A DNA stretch of 64,000 nt. Origin: Longimicrobiales bacterium (GTDB lineage: Bacteria > Gemmatimonadota > Gemmatimonadetes > Longimicrobiales > Gaopeijiaceae). Below the pieces are notes generated by a model. That model ran no database searches. It was not told the DNA's origin and worked only from the letters and a program-made list of their open reading frames with translations. Shown here piece after piece: positions 15,755 to 28,900 of this stretch (positions are counted from its first letter, which is position 1; every line of letters begins with the position of its first letter). The DNA lies in assembly GCA_965116905.1 (NCBI GenBank), contig OZ220732.1:3072001-3136000 (forward strand), read 5' to 3'. Both the position numbers and the translations under genes were made by a program.

Positions 15755-18498
15755 GGGCGTTCGCCACCCAACGCTGTCAACTTTGCTTTCCATTTAGTCA
15801 ACTGCAGTTGACATGACTCCAGCTTCTGGCGCTCGCGCTCCACCACGGCCTCCGGCGCACGCGTGACGAAGTTCGGATTGGCGAGCTTGCCCTCGATTCC
15901 CTTGAGCTGCCCTGCGAGCCGCTCGACCTCGGCCAGCGTACGCGTCCGCTCCCGATCCAGGTCGATGACCCCGGCGAGGGGCAGGAACAGCTCGGTACCG
16001 TCCCGCAGGACGGCGCTGGCGCACACCGTGCTTTCCGGCGGAACCGAACGCGGCACGCTCCCGATCCGGGCCAGCCGGCGGAGCAGTTCCTCGCGCCCCT
16101 CCAGCAGATGCGCGTGCTCGCCGCCCACTGCGTGCACCGCGACCTCTCGCCCTTCGCCGACGCGGTATTCCTTGCGCATGGCGCGCACCCGCACGATGAA
16201 CTCGCGCAGCCAGTCGAAGTCGCGTTCGGCCCGCGCGTCGACGAACTCCGGAGCAACCCGTGGCCAGCGCGCGACGATCAGCGGCCCGGCGCGCTCACCG
16301 GAGACCGGAAGCAGGCCCCACAACTCCTCGGTCACGAACGGGACCAGGGGGTGCAGCAGCCGGCAGATCGCGTCCAGGACGTGGGCCAGCACCGTGCGCG
16401 CGGCTTCCCGTCCCGCTCCGCCGGCGGGCAGCCGATGCTTCACGGCCTCCAGGTACCAGTCCGCGAACTCACCGCGGAAGAAGTCGCGCATCGTCTCGGC
16501 GGCGCCCTGCATCCGGAACTGCTCCAGCTCCTCGTTCATGCGCCGCACCGCCTCCTGCCGTCGCGACAGGATCCAGCGGTCCTCGAGGGTCAGATCGTCC
16601 CGCACGTCGGCGAGCGGCAGGATCGGGTCGTCGCCCAGGCTCATGAGCGCGAAGCGGCCCGCGTTCCAGAGCTTGTTGACGAAGTTGCGTCCGGGCGCGA
16701 AGGCCGCCTCGAGGTTCTCGTGGTCCAGGCGGATGTCGGCGCCGACGCCCGCGCTCGCGAGCACCGTGAACCGGAGTGCATCGGCTCCGTGGAGCTGCAC
16801 GACCTCGAGCGGATCCACCCCGTTGCCGAGGGATTTCGACATCTTGCGGCCCTGGATGTCGCGCACCGTGCCGTGCAGGTAGACCCGCTGGAACGGCGCC
16901 TCCCCCATGGCGTGATACCCCGACATGATCATGCGGGCGACCCAGAAGAAGAGGATCTCGGGCGCGGTGGAAAGCGTGTGGCCGGGGTAGAACGCCCTCA
17001 GGTCGCGGGTCTCCTCGGGCCATCCGAAGACAGAGAACGGCCACAGCCACGACGAAAACCAGGTGTCGAGCACATCGGGGTCCTGCTCCAGCGAGGTGCT
17101 GCCGCAATCGCCGCACGCGTCGGGGTCTTCCCGCACGCAGATCACCGCACCGCAGTCGTCGCAATACCAGACCGGGATCCGATGGCCCCACCACAGCTGG
17201 CGCGAAATGCACCAGTCGCGGATGTTCTCCATCCATTGCTCGTAGACCCGCGTCCAGCGCCCCGGGGCGAAGGTGACGGCACCGGTCCGGGACGCCTCCA
17301 GCGCGGGCTCGGCAAGCGGCTTCATGCGCACGAACCACTGCTCGCTGAGCCGGGGTTCGACCACGGTGTCGCAGCGGTAGCAGCGCGGAACGGCGTGGTC
17401 GTGGTCGTCGCGTCCGGCCAGGAGCTCCTGTTCCTTCAGCGCCGCGACCACCGCCTTGCGGGCATCGAAGCGATCAAGGCCGCGGAAGGCTCCCGGCGCG
17501 TTCTCGTTCATCGTCGCGCGCTCGGTCATGACGTTGAGGACTTCGAGGCCGGTCCGCTGCGCGATCTGGAAGTCGTTGGGGTCGTGGGCGGGCGTGACCT
17601 TCACCATGCCGGTCCCGAAATCCGCGGCGACGTGCGTGTCGGCGACGATGGGGATGGCGCGGCCGGTCAGCGGCAGCTCCACGGCCGCGCCCACGAGCGC
17701 ACCGTACCGGGGATCGTCGGGACTGACGGCCACGCCCGTATCGCCGAGCATGGTCTCCGGCCGGGTAGTGGAGACGGTCAGGTACCAGCGCCCGTCGGAC
17801 AGCCGCCCCAGCGCATCCGCACCCCCGGCCCGCGCCGCGGCGGCCGCATCCTCGTGACCCGCGGCCAGCGGGTAGCGCAGGTGCCAGAGCGAGCCCCGCG
17901 CCTCGGCCCCTTCGGCCTCTTCGTTGGACAGTGCCGTCAGACAGCGCGGACACCAGTTGATGATGTATTCGCCGCGGTAGATGAGCCCGTCTTCGTACAG
18001 CGCGACGAAGATCTCTCTCACCGCCCGCGACAGGCCCTCGTCGAGCGTGAAGCGGGCCCGCGTCCAGTCACAGCTGCATCCGATGGCCTTGAGCTGGCCG
18101 AGAATGCGGTCCCCGGTCAGATCGACGTGCTCCCACACCTTTTGCACGAACGCTTCGCGACCCAGGTCGTGCCGGGTCTTGCCCTCGGCGGCCAGACGCC
18201 GCTCGACGACGTTCTGGGTCGCGATCCCGGCGTGGTCCGTGCCCGGCACCCAGAGCGTGGCGCGTCCCTGCATCCTGCGCCAGCGGATGAGCACGTCCTG
18301 GATCGTGTTGTTGAGACCGTGCCCCATGTGAAGCACGGCCGTGACGTTGGGCGGCGGAATCACGATCACGTACGGATCGCCGCCTTCCTCGACGGCACCC
18401 GCCGACGCCGCGAAATGGCCGCCCTCGTCCCACATGCGCAGGATCCGGGGTTCGACCGCCCGGGGATCGAAGGTCTTGGCAAGCACGGGGGCCTTCAA
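15751..18498 (-). CDS. valS: Valine--tRNA ligase
   Basis: PPPNVTAVLHMGH (HIGH), DHAGIATQ, TTRPETMLGD, DWCISRQLWWGHRIP, KMSKS, C-terminal coiled coil. Confidence 0.98.
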   Translation of the reverse strand: MKAPVLAKTFDPRAVEPRILRMWDEGGHFAASAGAVEEGGDPYVIVIPPPNVTAVLHMGHGLNNTIQDVLIRWRRMQGRATLWVPGTDHAGIATQNVVERRLAAEGKTRHDLGREAFVQKVWEHVDLTGDRILGQLKAIGCSCDWTRARFTLDEGLSRAVREIFVALYEDGLIYRGEYIINWCPRCLTALSNEEAEGAEARGSLWHLRYPLAAGHEDAAAAARAGGADALGRLSDGRWYLTVSTTRPETMLGDTGVAVSPDDPRYGALVGAAVELPLTGRAIPIVADTHVAADFGTGMVKVTPAHDPNDFQIAQRTGLEVLNVMTERATMNENAPGAFRGLDRFDARKAVVAALKEQELLAGRDDHDHAVPRCYRCDTVVEPRLSEQWFVRMKPLAEPALEASRTGAVTFAPGRWTRVYEQWMENIRDWCISRQLWWGHRIPVWYCDDCGAVICVREDPDACGDCGSTSLEQDPDVLDTWFSSWLWPFSVFGWPEETRDLRAFYPGHTLSTAPEILFFWVARMIMSGYHAMGEAPFQRVYLHGTVRDIQGRKMSKSLGNGVDPLEVVQLHGADALRFTVLASAGVGADIRLDHENLEAAFAPGRNFVNKLWNAGRFALMSLGDDPILPLADVRDDLTLEDRWILSRRQEAVRRMNEELEQFRMQGAAETMRDFFRGEFADWYLEAVKHRLPAGGAGREAARTVLAHVLDAICRLLHPLVPFVTEELWGLLPVSGERAGPLIVARWPRVAPEFVDARAERDFDWLREFIVRVRAMRKEYRVGEGREVAVHAVGGEHAHLLEGREELLRRLARIGSVPRSVPPESTVCASAVLRDGTELFLPLAGVIDLDRERTRTLAEVERLAGQLKGIEGKLANPNFVTRAPEAVVERERQKLESCQLQLTKWKAKLTALGGERP

Positions 18499-18499
18499 C

Positions 18500-19345
18500 C
18501 TATCGCCGCCTCGTGGCGCCGGACGTGGTGTCGGGCCTGACCGCCGCGTTCGCCCTTTCCTCTTCCTGCTGCGCGCGCTGCTCCTCGCGCCTGCGCTGCA
18601 TGATCTCCAACCGCTCGCGCCAGCTCCGCCGCGCCGCGAGGCTGCCGTATGCGCGCTCGATGTCGGTCATGCGAAAAGCCCATTCGGCCTGGTCGCCGTT
18701 GTAGTCCGGGGGTGGTCCGAAGCCGAAGTTGCCAAGGGGGATCTCGACGTCGCCGAGGTGCACGCGGCCCGGAGAAACACCCCACCGCTTGCCGTCCGCA
18801 TCGGTATAGGTCCAGTCCATCGCCTCAGCCAGCCGCTCGGCCTCCGCGGCGGCCGAGTCGTTCGACGATTCGACCGCGGCGAGGATCCGAAGCTCGAGCA
18901 GCTGCTGCGGAGTAGGCTCCACGAGCGAGGGGTCCAGCGGCGCCCACAGCCGGGGATCCCCCTGCCCGACGCGCAGCCGCTCGGCCGCGCTCCGGTACCG
19001 CTCGGGCATGTAGATGGTCTGATCCTCGAGGCTCGGCGCTTCCGGCGCGGCCTCGGGCTCCGAGGGATCCTCGATCTCGGTCGGATCGCTCGGATCGCCC
19101 ACCTCGGGTCCGGCGAGCTCCACGATGTCCAGCACCTGCATCCCGGGGGCCGGTGGCGGGTCGGGAAGCAGCGGAAACACCCCGGATTCGGGCTGAATCG
19201 CCGAAAAGAAGGGATAGAGCACGATGGCCACAACGTGCGCGAGGGCAGAAAGCAGCAGGCCGGTCAGGAGCGGACGGCGTCCCGCCCGTCGTCGCAGCGC
19301 GGCGCGCGACGGCGGGATAGGCTGGTCTCCGGCCTCTCTGGTCAT
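18500..19345 (-). CDS. Hypothetical single-pass membrane protein with TonB/TolA-like anchor and Pro/Glu linker
   Basis: TM LLLSALAHVVAIVLY, acidic Pro-rich linker, globular C-terminal part; fills the gap between the FAH gene and valS. Confidence 0.7.
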   Translation of the reverse strand: MTREAGDQPIPPSRAALRRRAGRRPLLTGLLLSALAHVVAIVLYPFFSAIQPESGVFPLLPDPPPAPGMQVLDIVELAGPEVGDPSDPTEIEDPSEPEAAPEAPSLEDQTIYMPERYRSAAERLRVGQGDPRLWAPLDPSLVEPTPQQLLELRILAAVESSNDSAAAEAERLAEAMDWTYTDADGKRWGVSPGRVHLGDVEIPLGNFGFGPPPDYNGDQAEWAFRMTDIERAYGSLAARRSWRERLEIMQRRREEQRAQQEEERANAAVRPDTTSGATRRR

Positions 19346-19352
19346 GGGTCTG

Positions 19353-20009
19353 CTAGTCCGGTCCTTCGTGTACGGTTTCGGGTCCCAGGGGCACGCCCTC
19401 GACGACGGGGTTGCGCACCGACGCGCCGCATGACAGCGCGATCTCGACAACGTCGCCTGGCGAGAGCGGCCCGACCCCTTCCGGCGTGCCGGTGGCGATC
19501 AGGTCCCCGGGCTCCAGCGTCATGACGTGCGAGATGTAACTCACCAACCGTGGGATGGCGAACACCATGTCGGCGGTTGTCCCGTGCTGGCGGACTTCTC
19601 CGTTTACCCGCGTGGTCACCGAAATGTTCTCGCGATCGACGGATGCGATCCCGATCATGTCGCCCAGCGGACAGAACGTGTCCAGCCCCTTGGCCCGGGT
19701 CCACTGGCTGTCCGTACGCTGCAGGGTCCTGGCGGTCACGTCGTTGACCGCGACCACGCCGCTCACGCAGTCCCAGGCCGATTCCTCGGGGACGCGCCGG
19801 CAGCGACGGCCCACCACCAGCCCGATCTCGCCCTCGTAGTCCACGCGCCCCACGTCCGGCGGCATGTGGACCGGGTCGCCGTTGCCGATCACGGACGACG
19901 GCGGCTTGAGGAAGATGAGGGGCTCGGCGGGCACCGAGCTGCCCAGTTCGGCGGCGTGGTCCGCGTAGTTGCGCCCCACGCATACGATCTTGCCGGGCCT
20001 CACGGTCAC
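19353..20009 (-). CDS. Fumarylacetoacetate hydrolase family protein
   Basis: KIVCVGRNYADHAAE, FLKPPSS, DYEGE, NDVTARTLQ, AKGLDTFCP, LEPGDLIATGTPEGVG. Confidence 0.95.
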   Translation of the reverse strand: MTVRPGKIVCVGRNYADHAAELGSSVPAEPLIFLKPPSSVIGNGDPVHMPPDVGRVDYEGEIGLVVGRRCRRVPEESAWDCVSGVVAVNDVTARTLQRTDSQWTRAKGLDTFCPLGDMIGIASVDRENISVTTRVNGEVRQHGTTADMVFAIPRLVSYISHVMTLEPGDLIATGTPEGVGPLSPGDVVEIALSCGASVRNPVVEGVPLGPETVHEGPD

Positions 20010-20025
20010 GATCTCCAAGCGCCGG

Positions 20026-20223
20026 CTAGTCGGCCCGGCGCGAGTGTATGGCCGTCCCCACGAGCGCTCCGAGCGCGGCAATCGTGAGGAAACTGGCGAT
20101 CACCGTCCACCAGAAACCGACATCGGTGTCGCCTCCTCCCCAGCCGATCGACGCGGTGCGGGCCGCACCGGCGGCAAGGGTCAGGAGGAACAATCCGGCA
20201 AGGAATCCAAGCGCCTTCTTCAT
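20026..20223 (-). CDS. Small two-TM membrane protein (65 aa)
   Basis: MKKALGFLAGLFLLTLAAGA..GFWWTVIASFLTIAALGALVGTAI; two hydrophobic segments; same strand as its neighbours. Confidence 0.6.
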   Translation of the reverse strand: MKKALGFLAGLFLLTLAAGAARTASIGWGGGDTDVGFWWTVIASFLTIAALGALVGTAIHSRRAD

Positions 20224-20302
20224 TTGCAAACGCACCAGGGTTGGGGAATCCGGTCACTCCGGGCGTGCGGAATCCGCGCGGTACCGCCCCGCCCTCTTGA
20301 AT

Positions 20303-22857
<2,555 letters not shown>

Positions 22858-22861
<4 letters not shown>

Positions 22862-24189
22862 GTCTTGAGCTTCTTCTTCTTCGCGGCGGGGAACAGGACG
22901 TTGTTGAGGATCAGCCGGTAGCCCGGCGAGTTGGGGTGGAGCGCGAGGTCGGTGGGAGGATCCCCGATCTGGTGCTCCGGGTCCTCCGGGTCGTGCCCGC
23001 CATAGTAGGTCCAGGTTCCCTCACCCAGATTGCCATGGATGTACTTGGCCCAGACACCCTCGACGGCCAGCTGCACCACGCCCGGCTTCAGGCGGTCGAT
23101 GGCGAACGAGGTGGTCAGGCCGTAGAAGTCGCGGAGCACGGACTCGTGGCTCTGCGTCAGCATTGCCGGGACCGGATCGAACTTGGCCGAGAAGTCGAAC
23201 AGCGTGAAGGCGCCGAGCTCCTTCTTCCACGGGGTGTTGACCTGGTGCCCGTCGATGTCCGAGAAGGCGTTGACCGACGGAGCCACCTGGACCATGGCGT
23301 CGTGGAAGGCCATCGCATGCCCCCAGTCGACGTTCGCACTGGCGTTGGGATCCGGCGGCGTCCCGTCCGAATACGCCGCCGCGATGTCCACCGAAGTCGC
23401 GGCCAGGGCCAGCTCCAGCGTCTCCGGAGCGGAGCACATGGCGAAGAGGAAGCCACCGCCGTGCACATAGTCGCGGATGCCGCGGCTGACGGCCTTCTTC
23501 AGCGCGGGGACGTTGGGGAAGCCGAGCGTGCGCGCCGCTTCCTCGTTGCGCGCGACCTCGTCCTCCAGCCATGGAGCGCCCGCGTAGGTGATGTAGAACT
23601 TGGAGTACTGCCCCGTGAAGTCCTCGTGGTGGAGGTGGAGCCACTCATAGTCCTCCAGGCCATCCTGGATGACTTCGTAGTCCCAGACCTTGTCGTAGGG
23701 AATCTCGGCGTAGTCGAGGGCCATGGTCACCGCGTCGTCCCACGGGGCGCTGTTCGGCGGTGTGTAGATGGCGATCCTGGTCGCCTTTTCCAGAACGACC
23801 GACTCCATGTTGGAATTGGCCACGATCCCCCGGATCCGCGCCTCTTCCGCGACGCCGACGGGTTGGATGGTCACGCCCATGAGCGCGGCCCGCCGCCGGA
23901 CGGTCTCGGTGTCGGGCAGCAGGAAGGAGCCGCCCTGGAAGTTGAGGAGCCACTCGGCGCGGCCATCGCTGTCCAGGACCGAATAGGCGAGGCCGTAGGC
24001 CTTGAGGTGATCCGCCTGCCCCCGGTCCATGGGGACAAGGAGCATCTGGGCCGACAGCGCGCCCGGCTCGACGGCGGCGATCGTCGCCATGCCGGCAATG
24101 CAAAGGGCACGGCGCCACCGGGCGGGCACCTGCGGCCACGTCGGGCGAGCGGGCCGGGCAGTGCCGGCCATCGCGGTTCGCATGATCAT
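22858..24189 (-). CDS. Conserved secreted protein of unknown function (family often mislabelled asparagine synthetase B)
   Basis: Signal-like N-terminus, LVPMD..QADHLKAYGLAY, WLLNFQGGSF, PWDDAVTMAL, WLHLHHEDFTGQY, FAMCSA, GGHDPED, NSPGYRLILNNVLFPAA. Confidence 0.7.
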
Positions 24190-25958
24190 CGGGATCCTCC
24201 GTTCTGTAAGCGGCGCAGCTCCCGACGCGCGCCGGGCACGACCGGGCTGTCCGGGCGGCTGACAATCAGGGTCTCCAGGATGCGGACCGCCTCGTCCCGT
24301 CCGCCTGGATCATCGGCGATCGCGCGCGCCAGGCGCACCGCAGCGTCCGGGAACTCCCGCGCGTCCGAGTGCTCGGCAACAAGGCGGCGGCGGAAGCGCA
24401 CGGCGAGGTCGCCCCGTTCGAAGCGGTCGGCAGCGTGCGCCGCCATCGCGAGAATCGCGGGGCGGTCCGAGGGCGGCACCGCCTCGATCCCGGCCGCGAC
24501 GGCCTCCAGCCCGTCGGCGGGCCGGCCACGGTGGCCGGAAATCGCGACCCGCGCCGCCAGCGCGGCGCCTGCAGGCGTAAGTTCGCTCAGGGCGAGCGAC
24601 AGCTCCAGCACCTCGGTCGCGCGCGCCGGCTCCAGGTCGGGGATGGATGCCTGCAGCGCCACGATGCCCTCGGGCACCGCGCCGCCTTCGAGGAGCAAGA
24701 AGGCACGCTCCAGGGCCGCCCCGGGTCCGTCGATGCCTTCGAGCACCTCGAGCGCCTCGGCGCGCATTCCGCCGGCGAGCAGCCGCGACGCGAGGTTCGC
24801 CGACAGCGCGTCCAGCTCGGTGGCCTCGGGGAACTCCTCCCGGAACGCGGCAAGGCCCTCCACGGCCGCTTCGGTCGTGTGCGCGGCGATCTCCAGCTCC
24901 AGCTGCTCGGTCCAGGCGGTGCGCCGCGCGGACGAGCCGGCCGCCAGCGACCCGGTGATCCTGCGCCGCGCCTCCACGGCGGCCGTGGTGTCGCCGGCGG
25001 CGAGCGCGGCGGCCGCCATCCTTTCGTCGGTCGCGCGGGCCTCTCCGGCGTCGTCGGCCATGGCGTGAAGCAGACGATAGGCCCAAAGCGCGCTGGCGGG
25101 CCGGTCCAGGTCCTCCGCCTTGCGCGCGAACCCGTTGAGGAAGCCGCGAGCCTCGCGTCCGTCGAGCTGCTCCCGGGCGGCGGCCGTGAATTCACGCGCA
25201 GCGTCCTCGCGGCCTTCCCGCAGCGCCAGCTCGGCTCCGGCCTCGAGCCGGGCGACCGTGGCGGGGCCGGCCCCGATTGCCGCCACGATCACCGCGACCG
25301 CCTCGTCGCGTCCGGTCTCCAGGTCCGCAACACGCCGGAACACATCGCCGTTCCGCGCACGGTCACGCCCGAGCGCCCGCGCCCAGGCCGCGGCCGCGTC
25401 TTCAACGCGCCCCGCGGCGACCTGCGCGTCACCCAGTTCGATCAGCAGAACCGGCAGGTCACCGAGCACGTCCAGCCCCTCCTCGATCAACGCCACCGCC
25501 CTGCCCGCCCCATGCAGATCGAGGTATGCGAGCGCGCCCTCCTGGTACGGGTCGGGTGACCCCGGAACGGCCCGGATCCAGTCCCGGACGGCCTCGTCGA
25601 CGGCCCGCTCCGCCTCCGTCTCGGCCAGGATGCTCAACTTGAGCGCCCACACCGTGGCCGTACCGGGCTCGACCGCGAGAAAGCCGTCCACGACGGGAAG
25701 GACCTCGTCGAGCCGATCATCGTTTCTCAGGACCCGTTCCAGCGCGAACACCCCGGCCGACGACCCGGGATGAAGCCGCAGCAACTCTCGAAGCGTCGCC
25801 TCGGCCGCGGCCAGCTCTCCCCTCGCCTCCTGTGTGGTCGCGCGCCGGAGCATGCGGTTCTCCACGCGCGGGTCGTACCGCGCCTGGGCCGCCAGCGCGT
25901 CCGCCGCACAAGGCGCCGACGCGGCGGCGAGACACAGGAGCACGGCCCATCGCCTCAT
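24186..25958 (-). CDS. Secreted tetratricopeptide-repeat protein
   Basis: Signal peptide, repeated Ala-rich helix pairs with TPR turns, C-terminal ILETLIVSRPDSPVVPGARREL. Confidence 0.75.
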   Translation of the reverse strand: MRRWAVLLCLAAASAPCAADALAAQARYDPRVENRMLRRATTQEARGELAAAEATLRELLRLHPGSSAGVFALERVLRNDDRLDEVLPVVDGFLAVEPGTATVWALKLSILAETEAERAVDEAVRDWIRAVPGSPDPYQEGALAYLDLHGAGRAVALIEEGLDVLGDLPVLLIELGDAQVAAGRVEDAAAAWARALGRDRARNGDVFRRVADLETGRDEAVAVIVAAIGAGPATVARLEAGAELALREGREDAAREFTAAAREQLDGREARGFLNGFARKAEDLDRPASALWAYRLLHAMADDAGEARATDERMAAAALAAGDTTAAVEARRRITGSLAAGSSARRTAWTEQLELEIAAHTTEAAVEGLAAFREEFPEATELDALSANLASRLLAGGMRAEALEVLEGIDGPGAALERAFLLLEGGAVPEGIVALQASIPDLEPARATEVLELSLALSELTPAGAALAARVAISGHRGRPADGLEAVAAGIEAVPPSDRPAILAMAAHAADRFERGDLAVRFRRRLVAEHSDAREFPDAAVRLARAIADDPGGRDEAVRILETLIVSRPDSPVVPGARRELRRLQNGGSR

Positions 25959-28900
25959 CGGCGGTTGATCCTCTCGAAGTAACGGATCACCAGTGCGCGC
26001 TGGGCCGGCGGGAGCGCCCGCAGCGCGGCGGCGTCGGGCAACGCGAAGCGCAGTGCATCCATGTCGTCGCTGCTCAGTGCGCTCACGCCCGCCCGCTCGA
26101 ACGCCCCGGGCTCGTCGGATTCCCGCTCCTCCGACTCCTCATCGCGCTCCAGCGTCCGTCCGGCGTCGAGCAGGCGGTGGAACAGCCGCTCCTGTCGGCG
26201 CAGCACCTCGGGATCCAGGCGGCCCTGGGCCAGAGCCTCGGCAAGCCGCCTGGCCTCTTCGGCAAAAGCGGACAAGTCGCCGAGCGGGTCGCCCTCCTCG
26301 GGCCCTTCCTCCGTCATCTCGTCGAGCCCTTCGGCCACCTCCTCCTGGCGCCCCGCCATCTCCTCCATCCGCTCGGCCATCGTCTCCTGGCCAAGACGCA
26401 TCGGGGTCAGCGCGGAGGCGTCCTGGATGATCTCGCCCTGCTGCTGCGCGAGCTGCTGCATCTGCTGCATCATCTGCTCCGACCCGGACGCCGAGGCCTG
26501 CGCCTGCCCCTGCTGCTGGCCCGACGTCATCGCGAGGCGCGCGACCTCGTTGAGGCTGCGCACCACGGCCTCGGCCTCGGCCGCCGGCGACGGACCGCGG
26601 GCGCGCGGGTTCTCCATGGCCCCGATCGTACCGTCGAGGTGCTCCATCGCCTGGCCGACGGCGGCGAGCAGGTCCCGCGCCCCCGGCGCCGCCATCTCCG
26701 TACCCTCGGCGTAGTTCTCCGCGAGGTTGCGGATCCCCTGCGCGACGGCCGCCTCGTCGGCCCGGAGCGCCGCCAGCTCGGCGGCATTCGCCCCCTGCAT
26801 CCGGCCACGAAGGTCGGACTGCGTCCGTGCCAGGGCCAGGGCGTCGGCGGCGGTCTGCCCCAGGGCTGCCCGAATGGCGTTCATCAGCTCCTGCTGCATC
26901 TGCATCTGCGCCTCACCCAACTGCTGGGAGACCTCCGACAGGTCGCCAGCCGCCTGACCCGCCTGCTGGCCGGCTTGCTGCTGCTGCCCCTGGCTTGCCA
27001 GCTGAGCCGCCTGGCTCATCTGCTCCCTGGCCTGGCTCAACTGGTGCCGGGCCTCCTGTACGCCCGCTACGGCCCCCTGCTCGCCCGCCTCCTGGAGGCG
27101 CTGCTCCAGCCCTTCCAACTGGCGCTGAAGCTCCTCGGCCTCGGCCTCCAGCACCTCCTGCTGACCGGCCCGCAGCGACTCCTCGCCGCCCTCCATCAAC
27201 GCGTCCGCGAGGATCTGCTGTTCTTCGGCCAGCTCCTGCGCCTCACGTGTCGTGGCGCGGAAGTCCTGCTCGATGGCGGCCTCGCGGAACCGCTGCAGCG
27301 ACTCTTCGAGCCTCTCGCGCAGCCGTTCCTGGTTCCGAGTCATCTCTTCCAGGGCCGCCTGCAGCTCCTCCGGGTCCATTCCGGCGAGCTGATCGCGCAA
27401 TTCGTCCGCTTCCTCGCGGTCCTCCGGGGTCGCACCCTCCAGCAGTTCCTGGAGCTCCTCGAGCCCATCGTCGAGTTCCGGGTCGGCCAGACCGGCATCC
27501 ATCAGGGCCTCGCGCAGCTCCGCGAGTTCGCGCTGCAGCGAGTCGACCGCCTGCATCATGTCGTCCTGCCGCTCGAGTGCCTGGGCGACCTCTTCCCGCT
27601 CCGCGAAGTCCGATTGGCCGTTCCTGCGGCTGCCGGCCTCGGATTCGCGCTCGTTTCGCTGTTGCAGCTCGCGGGCCTCCTCCTCGGCCTGCCGCGCCTC
27701 CTCGGCCAGTTCCTCCACTCCTTCGGCCGTCCTCTCCAGCTCCTCCTGGGCAGCGCGTTCCAGTTCGGCGATGCCACCCATCCAGAGACTGTACTCGGCG
27801 CTCTCGCTCACCTGACGCGACGGATGGTTGTCGATCACTCTCGCCCGATAACGGATCGTGTCGCCGGGGGTGAGCGTCCAGCCCGAGAGCTCGAGCACCG
27901 GCCGCACGATCGCGCCCGCCGATCCACCCAGCTGGACCGCGTGCACCACCGGCTCGCCCGCCTCGCCGAAGGAACTGATGCGCCGCACCACGATCTCCAC
28001 CCGCTCCACGCCGTGGTCGTCCTGGGCGTGTACGACCAGGGGCTGCCTCAGGTCCACGGGCATGATCGTGTCACGCCCGGGAAAGACGATCGCGACTTCG
28101 GGAGGCCGGTCGGGGACCACCTCGAGTACCAGCGGTTCGGGGGCCACTGCCGCCTCCCCGCCCACCGCGTCGGTGAAGTGCCAGGTGTACGTGCCCGTGC
28201 GCTGGGGGAACCATCCGGCCTCGAAGCGCGTGCCGCTGACGTCGAGCGACACCACGGCGCGCTGCCGGTCGTCCCTGAGCGTCCCGGTGCCGAGCGCCCG
28301 ACTGCCCTCGCCGCGCATCCGCAGATGCGTTCCCGCGGGCACCGAGAGCGGCGGCATCTCGTTGCGGTACTCGCCGGGAGGCAGGCTCGTGTGCGGCGGA
28401 TAGGTGACTTCCAGCGAGAAGTTGCTCACGAAGAGCGGGTCGACGGGGGTGAGGACGTGCACGCCGGTGCGGGCGCCGTCCGGCGCTTCGATCCAATACC
28501 GCACCTCGGCGTTCACGGGGGGGAGGGACGTGTTGCCGGTCCCCTCGACGAGCGCGATCGGCCGGGACCGCGTGACCTGCCCCGTCACGTCCCAGCGCAG
28601 CATGACACTGTCCCGCAGCGGCGCGTGCGCGGTGATTTCGACGACGGCACCCCGGGAGACCTCGGCCGTGCCGGGTTCCAGTGTGACCGGGGGAAGGACG
28701 GGCGCGGCCAGCACTGTCAGGGGATTCAGAAGCCCGTCCCAGGCGCTGAAGGTGCGCGACGGCGCCGCGCCCATGACCAGGAGCGCCGCCGGCAGCGCGA
28801 GCCCCAGCGCCGTCATGCCCCGGCGTGCCCGCCCCCGGACCTGGTCGCCAAGCTTGCCCGAGAGTGTCTTCGGGTCCCCGGAAAGCCTCCCGCCGACCCT

